Shown in pieces: positions 56,004 through 63,186 of a DNA stretch of 64,000 nucleotides. Within the stretch, counting starts at the first letter, position 1; each line of letters starts with the position of its first letter. Both the position numbers and the translations under genes were made by a program. The notes under the pieces were generated by a model. That model was not told the origin of the DNA, did no database searches, and saw nothing but the letters and a program-made list of their open reading frames with translations. This DNA comes from a virus (lineage: Duplodnaviria > Caudoviricetes), in IMG/VR virus record IMGVR_UViG_3300036770_007283; one strand, given 5' to 3'.

Positions 56004-56288
56004 CTATCCTAGCAAATCCATATGCCACAAAAATTCTTCCCTTGCTTCCTCAGGCAGTTCCTCAAAAAATTGTTCGCGGCTAAGATGCCCGCCGCTGATA
56101 AGATGCTCCTCCGCATTAAGCTTTCTCATAAAATTAAGCTTCGAGGTTTTGTTGTTAAAATTTAATCCAATAGAAATATATAGATCAGAATTTTTCACCC
56201 GCCAATCTGCAAATCCAACCGCAGGCTCCAAACATCTAATCTTGGCAAGCTCTTTGTTGTATGCGCTATATTCTCTAGATGTTTTCAT
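56004..56288 (-). CDS. C-terminal-motif paralogue family member
   Basis: SREQFFEELPEEAREEFLWHMDLLG. Confidence 0.78.
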   Translation of the reverse strand: MKTSREYSAYNKELAKIRCLEPAVGFADWRVKNSDLYISIGLNFNNKTSKLNFMRKLNAEEHLISGGHLSREQFFEELPEEAREEFLWHMDLLG

Positions 56289-56299
56289 AACTCCCTTCT

Positions 56300-56644
56300 T
56301 CACCTAAACATATCTAAATGGAAAACTAAATCATTCTGAATATGAGATGGTGCCGCCTCAAAAAATTCATCAAACAAATAAATAAATTTATTGTTAATAT
56401 ATGGTTGAGGGTGGAAAGCAGCAGCATTTTTTTTAAAATTATTGGTTGGCGAAGGAGCCGTCCCAAGAAAAAGCAATCTACACTTTTCTTTCTGATGATA
56501 TAATCTATATAGCTGAAGCTGCCATTGTGTACCAGAAACTTCAAGCCAACGTTCATCGACTGTAGAAAGTCTTACGCAAAATATAGAAGGAATTCCTACA
56601 AGATAATCGGACGCTTCTTCTAATGTCATGTATTCAATCTTCAT
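56300..56644 (-). CDS. C-terminal-motif paralogue family member (MKIE subtype)
   Basis: LFDEFFEAAPSHIQNDLVFHLDMFR. Confidence 0.82.
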   Translation of the reverse strand: MKIEYMTLEEASDYLVGIPSIFCVRLSTVDERWLEVSGTQWQLQLYRLYHQKEKCRLLFLGTAPSPTNNFKKNAAAFHPQPYINNKFIYLFDEFFEAAPSHIQNDLVFHLDMFR

Positions 56645-56712
56645 TTTAACCTCAGCAAATATTTTTAATCCTATTAATAAAATTAATTTTTACTGATATA
56701 TCTTATGAGATT

Positions 56713-57264
56713 ATGATATTTGGTAGGAGTGGAATTATGAATGTTAAATATAGATTGTTAAGATTATCCAAATTTCTTGGGGAAAATGGATTATACAAAG
56801 AGGCTTCCGCATTGAAATCTTTGGCAAGCTCCGTATACAGCGAGCCATCAAAAGATTTAATTGAATCCGCAAGAAATGTAAAAAATATAAAATGGAAAGA
56901 ACCAGATATCGAAGAAGAAATAGGAGAGATCGTTAGGACCGCCAAAGAATTTGACGTACCACTAGATGATATTATAGGTGCAGTAAAAGAGGCTAAATTA
57001 GAAGAGATTACTGATGATGTCTGGAGCCAGTTACAGAATACAGATTCTTATAATATATCAGTCGAACAAGCCCTTGAATTATCTAAAGAATACAATAGAA
57101 ATATATCCCGTATATATAAAGGCATTAAAAACGGAAAAACTCTACCTGCTCCAATAGTTCTCTCTATTAACGATGAAGAGTTCTATTTAATAGGTGGAAA
57201 CACTAGACTTATGGCTTGTGCTAGTTTGAATAAAGTTCCCAAGGTATTGATGATTAAAATATAA
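56713..57264 (+). CDS. ParB/sulfiredoxin-like domain protein
   Basis: LPAPIVL...YLIGGNTRL; start may be ATG 56737. Confidence 0.75.
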   Translation: MIFGRSGIMNVKYRLLRLSKFLGENGLYKEASALKSLASSVYSEPSKDLIESARNVKNIKWKEPDIEEEIGEIVRTAKEFDVPLDDIIGAVKEAKLEEITDDVWSQLQNTDSYNISVEQALELSKEYNRNISRIYKGIKNGKTLPAPIVLSINDEEFYLIGGNTRLMACASLNKVPKVLMIKI

Positions 57265-57453
57265 GACCTAGAATTTTTGCCTCTATAAGTAGCTGAGTCT
57301 TTAGAGGTAATCAAACAGTATTTTTTGATGACTAAATTCTCAGCAAATTACGACCCTAAGAAACAAATGATGGGGCGTAATTGCATCTGGTTTTTAATCC
57401 AAACGAACTACGCCCCAATCTTTGGGTTTTTATGCAGGATTTACCTTGGTAAT

Positions 57454-57537
57454 TGGTAGGGCGTGTAAGAATCGAACTTACCTATTTGTGATCCGAGGAT
57501 ATAAGCCCCGCGCTTTACACCAGTCAGCCAACGCCCC
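57454..57537 (-). tRNA. tRNA with UAU anticodon (nominal Ile) and 12-nt variable region
   Basis: GGGGCGT/ACGCCCT, CGGGG-CTTATAT-CCTCG, GTAAG-TTCGATT-CTTAC, A73, CCA; 84 nt. Confidence 0.88.
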
Positions 57538-57637
57538 ATTATAAGATTCTTTGATTACCGGCATTGATTGCCGCGATCCTTGTATGCTATTATATTACTG
57601 CGGGATCGTATTGGAGTCAAACGAAGTTTTAAAAAAT

Positions 57638-57880
57638 TTAATTATTGATGGGCCATTTTTGATCAATATAATTTTCGACATCAATAGGGGTTTGGAGGTT
57701 TCTTTTTACCGGATCAAGCCAGGTAGAAGGCTGAGCTGGATTGGGCCAATAAATAAGCCAGACCCAATCTAGCATTGAATCATTCCAAACTTGATGAGAA
57801 TAGTTTGATGATACTCTGAAGTAAACGCCATCGGATCTTCGACTACCACCAAGATTGATATCAAAATTCCAGTGATCCAT
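57638..57880 (-). CDS. hypothetical protein
   Basis: MDHWNF... portion of the track ORF; weak RBS. Confidence 0.45.
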   Translation of the reverse strand: MDHWNFDINLGGSRRSDGVYFRVSSNYSHQVWNDSMLDWVWLIYWPNPAQPSTWLDPVKRNLQTPIDVENYIDQKWPINN

Positions 57881-57956
57881 TTTCTTTTGACGGCCTTTTG
57901 ATTTGAGGTTTTTTATTTTTTTAGCGGGGGTTGTTGTCTCTGCCCTTGCCGCCCAT

Positions 57957-57985
57957 GCTCTATATATAGTGTGGCCAGTTTTTAT
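57957..57985 (-). promoter_or_regulatory. conserved upstream motif, copy 1
   Basis: ATAAAAACTGGCCACACTATATA(TA)GAGC. Confidence 0.65.
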
Positions 57986-58008
57986 ATTAAATAATTTTTG
58001 GTGTCTTT

Positions 58009-58280
58009 TTATCCTGCATTGAATGAAGCGCAAATTACTTTTTGCGTAACTCCTGGTAGAGCTGTTCCAATTTCTTCTACGGTTACATTCTGAGGATCAG
58101 TCCAATAACGATCATTGAACCACTTATCATCAGGTCCAAACCTCCAAACATATCCATTCCAAAAGAAGTCTGGATTAGGGTGAATAAGTCGAGCTTCCTC
58201 AGCAGAAGAAGCTATAACCACACAGGAATCGAAGGTGTCATAGCCTCGATTATGATTCTGCTTAAGGAGATAGATATTCA
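58009..58280 (-). CDS. conserved phage hypothetical protein
   Basis: MNIYLLKQ...GYDTFDSCVVIASSAEEARLIHP...VICASFNAG. Confidence 0.8.
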
Positions 58281-58283
58281 TCG

Positions 58284-58580
58284 TTAGCCTCTTGATTTTA
58301 GGTTTTTGATTTCCAGTCGAAGGAAAGGCACGCAGGAGCAATGTTTTTCATCTGGAGCGCAGGAGTTGCTTACAGTTTTTCTATAATCATCTTCCCAATC
58401 TTCTTTGAATTCTTTCAGGGAGATATTTTCTTGTTGTAGCCGGGTTAATTCTTCTTGTGAGATAAGAACGCAATTGGATTTATTGGAAATGAATTCATGG
58501 AGCTGATTAATCCAATCCGAATTTTTGGATAGATTATTGTCCAGAATATCTTTAAGTTGTTCTGCGGATAGGATAATCAT
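58284..58580 (-). CDS. hypothetical protein
   Basis: 98-aa ORF. Confidence 0.65.
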   Translation of the reverse strand: MIILSAEQLKDILDNNLSKNSDWINQLHEFISNKSNCVLISQEELTRLQQENISLKEFKEDWEDDYRKTVSNSCAPDEKHCSCVPFLRLEIKNLKSRG

Positions 58581-58598
58581 TGGTGTAACCTTTAAAAC

Positions 58599-58952
58599 TT
58601 AGTAGATATATCCTGACCACTCATCTACAATTTCTACTTCTGGATTTTGCCTACACCATTCGACAAAATTTCTAATGGAATAGAAGCTATTCTGAGCCAA
58701 GAATTGTAGATGAAGAACCCTATCATTATCAATTGAATCAGGGTTTGAATCTAGGTGATCAATGAAAAAATCAGACCAATCAGATTCTGTTGGATGAAAT
58801 CCATCGCTATAAGCTAAATATTTAGCCTTAACACTATCAATATCGGAGGAAGATGCAGTTGAACCATTCATCATAACATTCCAAATATCTTCAGTTACAA
58901 GGCTGATATTAACATCGCCTTGACCGGATGTTTCAATTAGAAATAGTTTCAT
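58599..58952 (-). CDS. hypothetical protein
   Basis: 117-aa ORF, AGGAG RBS. Confidence 0.7.
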   Translation of the reverse strand: MKLFLIETSGQGDVNISLVTEDIWNVMMNGSTASSSDIDSVKAKYLAYSDGFHPTESDWSDFFIDHLDSNPDSIDNDRVLHLQFLAQNSFYSIRNFVEWCRQNPEVEIVDEWSGYIY

Positions 58953-58969
58953 TGGATTTTCTCCTTTTA

Positions 58970-59179
58970 TTATTTTACAATCTGAATATCTGTAATTTCG
59001 TGGTCTACAAATTCAAGGTTTGGGTGAAGTTCTTTTGATTTTTCATAGGCTAATTCACTAACAATATCTTCGAGGGGAATTTTTGTGTTAGAGATTGTGA
59101 ATTGTAGATCAATTTCTACAGAGGCCATATCTTCTTCAGGTTTGCACATATAGGCTTTTACGTTTACCTTTTTTGTCAT
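58970..59179 (-). CDS. hypothetical protein
   Basis: 69-aa ORF, AAGGAG RBS. Confidence 0.7.
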   Translation of the reverse strand: MTKKVNVKAYMCKPEEDMASVEIDLQFTISNTKIPLEDIVSELAYEKSKELHPNLEFVDHEITDIQIVK

Positions 59180-59213
59180 TTTGATTCTCCTTGGCTTGGC
59201 CTCTGCATCCCAT

Positions 59214-59240
59214 GCTCTATATAGTGTGGCCAGTTTTTAT
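59214..59240 (-). promoter_or_regulatory. conserved upstream motif, copy 2
   Basis: ATAAAAACTGGCCACACTATATAGAGC, 35 nt before ATG 59179. Confidence 0.7.
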
Positions 59241-59251
59241 ATCAAATGATT

Positions 59252-59470
59252 TTAGAAGTACCCGGATTCAATCATATATAATATAGCTTTATCAATAGAG
59301 TTATGATATCCTGATGGGCCATATTCAGAATAACATTCATATCCATATTTGAAATCTCCATCATCTAACTTCCATACAAAACCCAATAATTTTTTATCAA
59401 AAAGAATAACCCATCCTTTTCGGGCATGGATTTCGCAAGATATTTTTTTGATATTATCCATTCTCATCAT
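59252..59470 (-). CDS. hypothetical protein
   Basis: 72-aa ORF. Confidence 0.6.
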   Translation of the reverse strand: MMRMDNIKKISCEIHARKGWVILFDKKLLGFVWKLDDGDFKYGYECYSEYGPSGYHNSIDKAILYMIESGYF

Positions 59471-59807
59471 CTCTTAGAAAATGCTCGCCTCGCTCAATAT
59501 AACCAGCAATAATATTTAGAGCTTCAGTAGTTTGGATTTCATCTACATCAGCAAGGGCAGCTTTTTCTCGAAGATATGCAATAACATATGAGCGTTCTTT
59601 TGCAAGTTTAGATTCTAGATTTTTAATTTCTTCTTGGAGTTGAAGAATCTTTTGTTCCATGGAGATTTGACTATCATTTTCTGGAGGTGTTTTGAGGGCG
59701 GTGCTTGATGGATAAACATGATCATTCTCGCAACGATCATCGCCATTAATTCTTCGTTCCCGAGATTTTCCTTTGGCTCCGCAAATGGGGCAATATCCAT
59801 AGCTCAT
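59454..59807 (-). CDS. hypothetical protein with N-terminal Cys motif
   Basis: MSYGYCPICG...C. Confidence 0.7.
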   Translation of the reverse strand: MSYGYCPICGAKGKSRERRINGDDRCENDHVYPSSTALKTPPENDSQISMEQKILQLQEEIKNLESKLAKERSYVIAYLREKAALADVDEIQTTEALNIIAGYIERGEHFLRDDENG

Positions 59808-60094
59808 TTTGAACTCCTGTAAAGGTTTTCCCAAGCGTAAGAATAACAATCTAGAAGAATATCCTTAGGGATGGTTCCGCCGCTATCTTCTAGACTTTTG
59901 ATAATTTTAACCTGGCTCTTTATTGATCGCAGGGGAAACCAGAGATCTGGATATAATCCACAATCCTCTGGAATGGAGATCTTGCAATATAGTGGCTCTA
60001 CTCCTGCGACTAAACCACCCTCATATTCTTTCCAACCAATTTGAATATTTCCTTTTGGATAGAGGCCAAACTCTTTAATTACTTTGACTTTCAT
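59804..60094 (-). CDS. hypothetical protein
   Basis: 96-aa ORF, GGAGG RBS. Confidence 0.7.
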   Translation of the reverse strand: MKVKVIKEFGLYPKGNIQIGWKEYEGGLVAGVEPLYCKISIPEDCGLYPDLWFPLRSIKSQVKIIKSLEDSGGTIPKDILLDCYSYAWENLYRSSK

Positions 60095-60287
60095 TTAGCC
60101 TCCTAATTACAGCGGCATCGGCCTTTAGATTTAGAACAGCATTTCTAATATGTAGAACTGCATGAAGCATTGATTTGTCACTCCAACCAAACAAATCAAC
60201 CAATTCTTCTAACAGATTATCGGCCATTAGTTTTTCGCGCTTTAGTTCTTCAATTTCTTTTAGAAGAACAGCTTCATTCCTTGTCAT
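60075..60287 (-). CDS. hypothetical protein
   Basis: 70-aa ORF. Confidence 0.6.
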   Translation of the reverse strand: MTRNEAVLLKEIEELKREKLMADNLLEELVDLFGWSDKSMLHAVLHIRNAVLNLKADAAVIRRLNESQSN

Positions 60288-60534
60288 GTTCGCTTACCTG
60301 CCAGCAATCCCTTTCGCTATCCCAATGGCGATGATCATATATGGTTAGATAGATGAAGAATATTTTTCTAATTCCGCAGCTAAAATAAAACCCGGCATGA
60401 TCCACCTTGCTTGTGAGCTTGATAGAAAATTCGAAAGGATTATAATCAGCTGATGAACCAAGCTCGATCTGATATTCAAAGGATTTATTTTTGGATATAC
60501 TAAAAGCTTTGTTCATAGTTAATCCTACCACCAC
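60274..60534 (-). CDS. conserved phage hypothetical protein
   Basis: DHAGF...IYDHRHWD. Confidence 0.7.
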   Translation of the reverse strand: MVVGLTMNKAFSISKNKSFEYQIELGSSADYNPFEFSIKLTSKVDHAGFYFSCGIRKIFFIYLTIYDHRHWDSERDCWQVSEHDKE

Positions 60535-61205
60535 GAAGGCAGATTCTTTTTCGAAGATTTGCCTTTTGCATTTTTCACTGATGGCCCATAGTCATCAGTT
60601 ACATAATTGGCACCACCACCTTCATATTCGGAATCTAGATTATATTCATCGTTACCAATAATCTTTCCGCCAGATCCACGCTTCCATTCTACGAGATTTA
60701 ATAGCGAAAATAACTTCTTTGCAATAGGGTGTGATCTAGCATTTTCTACTGCTCGATTATTTTCTTCCACATCCCAGGTGATAGAGTGGCTATCATTGTC
60801 TAATGTAATTGTGGCGTCTGGTAATTCAATGGTTGCACTCTTTGAAGTGGGATAAATCTTAAGGCTAGATTTCTTTGGAGACACTAAGCTATAAGACTTG
60901 TTAGCCTCCATAGATAAAATTAGCTCACGGATATTCTCAAACAATTCTGGATTATTTCCGCTGTACCATCCTGATGAATTATAGGTTCCTTTACAATAGG
61001 ATGCAATAGCAGAGAGAATCTCATTTTGACGATTTGTTCCGCGCTTACCCTTAGCTTTTTCTGATGCTAAATTATATGCTTCGACAGCCTGAGTAAACAA
61101 AGAAGTCTGCGATTCATTCCAGGCTGTGATTAGCTTAGTTCGAAAATTTGGCCATTGATCTTTCGGAATGATGATGGTTCCACGTTCCCAATTGTAACAA
61201 GACAT
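60525..61205 (-). CDS. hypothetical protein
   Basis: 226-aa ORF, AAGGAG RBS. Confidence 0.75.
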   Translation of the reverse strand: MSCYNWERGTIIIPKDQWPNFRTKLITAWNESQTSLFTQAVEAYNLASEKAKGKRGTNRQNEILSAIASYCKGTYNSSGWYSGNNPELFENIRELILSMEANKSYSLVSPKKSSLKIYPTSKSATIELPDATITLDNDSHSITWDVEENNRAVENARSHPIAKKLFSLLNLVEWKRGSGGKIIGNDEYNLDSEYEGGGANYVTDDYGPSVKNAKGKSSKKNLPSWW

Positions 61206-61230
61206 ATGATCTCCTTGCGGTTTTAGTCAC

Positions 61231-61257
61231 GCTCTATATAGTGTGGCCAGTTTTTAT
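61231..61257 (-). promoter_or_regulatory. conserved upstream motif, copy 3
   Basis: ATAAAAACTGGCCACACTATATAGAGC, 26 nt before ATG 61205. Confidence 0.7.
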
Positions 61258-61267
61258 CCTCGTTTAA

Positions 61268-62548
61268 AAAGAAAACTCTCCACTTTAGGGGAGGGATGAA
61301 TTTTTACATTTTTCTACTAATATTGTAAATATAGGTATGCCAACAACTCAGAAAGCATTTAAATTCAGAATCTACCCCACCAAAAATCAGCAAACATTTC
61401 TTGCTAAGCATTTTGGTGCGGTTAGATTTGTTTACAATTTCTTTCTGAATAAGAAAAAAGAAGAATATTTAAATAATAAAAAGACTACAAGCTATTTTGA
61501 TGATGCCAAAGCCCTTACTCAGTTAAAGTCTGAAGAAAAATATTTTTGGTTATATGAAATCAATTCTCAAACCCTGCAGAGTTCACTCAGAAATTTAGAG
61601 TCCTCCTACTTAAATTTCTTCCGTGGTAATGCCAAATTCCCAAAATTTCATTCTAAAAAAAATAAACAATGCTTTAAAATTCCTCAAAACTTCTCTATAG
61701 AAGATGGATTTCTTTATATCCCAAAATTAAAAGAAGGAATCAAAATAATGCTCCACCAGAAGTTGCTAGGGAAAGCAATTTCCTGTCACGTTTCTAAGTC
61801 AACGACAGGCAAATATTTTGTTTCAATCCTTTGCGAGCTAGACCAACCACATTTACCAAGGGTAGATTCTGCAGTGGGAATAGATTTGGGATTGAAAAGT
61901 TTGTTAGTTGAATCAAATGGCAATGTTGCTCCATCTATAAAAACTAATGAAAGGTTCCAAAAGAGAAAGGCTTTTGCCCAAAGGAATCTTGCTAAAAAGA
62001 AAATCGGATCAAATAATAGGGCTAAAAGCAGGGCCATTTTAGCAAAGCATTTTGAAAAAGAGGTTAATAAAAGGACAGATTATCTTCATAAGTTAAGTAG
62101 GCAATTAGTTAACGAAAACCAAGTTATAATTGCTGAAACACTTGCTGTAAAAAACATGATGCAAAATAGTTCCCTAGCCAAAGCTATAGGAGAGGTATCT
62201 TGGGGGGAGCTGCTGAGGCAAATTCAATATAAATCTGAATGGGCAGGGAGAGCCTTTCACAAAATAGATAGGTTTTTCCCATCAAGCAAAGCCTGTAATA
62301 ACTGCAAGTTTGTGGTTGACCATCTGCCTTTAGATGTGAGGAATTGGGATTGTCCTAGTTGCAAAAGTAGCCTGGATAGGGATTTAAATGCAGCAAAAAA
62401 TATATTAGAAAAGGGTCTTGTAGACTTAGGTTTGCAGGACATCTACGGGGTTTCGGAACGAAATCCTAAGTCAAAAACTTCTGGAGGCGATCCCGTTAGG
62501 GATGTCTAAGAAAGAAGAGGCCCTCCCTTAAAAGGGAGGGTAGTTCAC
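61268..62548 (+). mobile_element. IS200/IS605-family TnpB-only (IS1341-like) element
   Basis: Left-end hairpin CTCTCC..GGAGGG after TTTAA; right-end hairpin CCCTCCC-TTAAAA-GGGAGGG followed by TAGTTCAC; no tnpA; ends approximate. Confidence 0.8.
61337..62509 (+). CDS. tnpB: RNA-guided endonuclease TnpB
   Basis: HTH KFRIYP...RFVYN; RuvC GIDLG, AETL, DRDLNAAKNI; zinc finger C..C...C..C. Confidence 0.96.
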   Translation: MPTTQKAFKFRIYPTKNQQTFLAKHFGAVRFVYNFFLNKKKEEYLNNKKTTSYFDDAKALTQLKSEEKYFWLYEINSQTLQSSLRNLESSYLNFFRGNAKFPKFHSKKNKQCFKIPQNFSIEDGFLYIPKLKEGIKIMLHQKLLGKAISCHVSKSTTGKYFVSILCELDQPHLPRVDSAVGIDLGLKSLLVESNGNVAPSIKTNERFQKRKAFAQRNLAKKKIGSNNRAKSRAILAKHFEKEVNKRTDYLHKLSRQLVNENQVIIAETLAVKNMMQNSSLAKAIGEVSWGELLRQIQYKSEWAGRAFHKIDRFFPSSKACNNCKFVVDHLPLDVRNWDCPSCKSSLDRDLNAAKNILEKGLVDLGLQDIYGVSERNPKSKTSGGDPVRDV

Positions 62549-62561
62549 TTGTGGCCTATTA

Positions 62562-63173
62562 TTAGATATTTCTCGAAAGACGAAAGCCGAGGAAGTCGTA
62601 GCGGTTGGACGGCGAGAAGTCGAGGCGGTTGGCGACGCGAGCGTAGGCGGCGGAGGAGGCGCGGCTGCCGCCGCGTATTACTTTATCATTTTTGGCCGAA
62701 GAAAAATCTGAAGATGTCCATTCCCACACATTACCAAGCATATCATATAGTCCATAGCCATTGGACTTTAGTAAACCTACCTCATGTGTTCTTTTATCAC
62801 TGTTTTCTGCCACCCATGCTTCATCTAGGTTTGCCACCCTATCTTCCCAGGGGCCACCTCCTAATGCAGCCCACTCCCATTCCCAATCTGTAGGCAATCT
62901 AAAGGCTTTATCATGCGGTAGATTTAAGATCTGAGATAACTTTTTGGCATATTCAACAGCTTGATCATAGGTGATACTTTCTACCGGTAAATTACCACCT
63001 TTAAATTTAGAAGGATTTTTCCCCATTACCGCAGACCATTCCTTTTGAGTAACTAGGAATTTCTGCATTTGAAATGGTTTAATGATGGCAATCTTATGTT
63101 TTGTATTAGGATCAAGCAGAGGATAAATGTTTTCTGGTGGTTGTGGAATAGTTACCATTTGAGGAGGTTGCAT
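62562..63173 (-). CDS. FGE-sulfatase/C-type-lectin-fold protein, DGR target candidate 1
   Basis: LPTDWEWEWAA, NGYGLYDMLGNVWEW, VIRGGS...GFR; GC-rich variable 3' end. Confidence 0.92.
   Translation of the reverse strand: MQPPQMVTIPQPPENIYPLLDPNTKHKIAIIKPFQMQKFLVTQKEWSAVMGKNPSKFKGGNLPVESITYDQAVEYAKKLSQILNLPHDKAFRLPTDWEWEWAALGGGPWEDRVANLDEAWVAENSDKRTHEVGLLKSNGYGLYDMLGNVWEWTSSDFSSAKNDKVIRGGSRASSAAYARVANRLDFSPSNRYDFLGFRLSRNI
62583..62663 (-). repeat. DGR variable region VR1
   Basis: NNC-codon variation relative to VR2/VR3. Confidence 0.85.
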
Positions 63174-63186
63174 AGTTTGCCTATTA

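Noticed and set aside
57551-57772. Plus-strand 73-aa ORF next to the UAU tRNA
   Set aside because: Non-ATG start, no RBS, overlaps a minus-strand ORF, and has no recognisable features.
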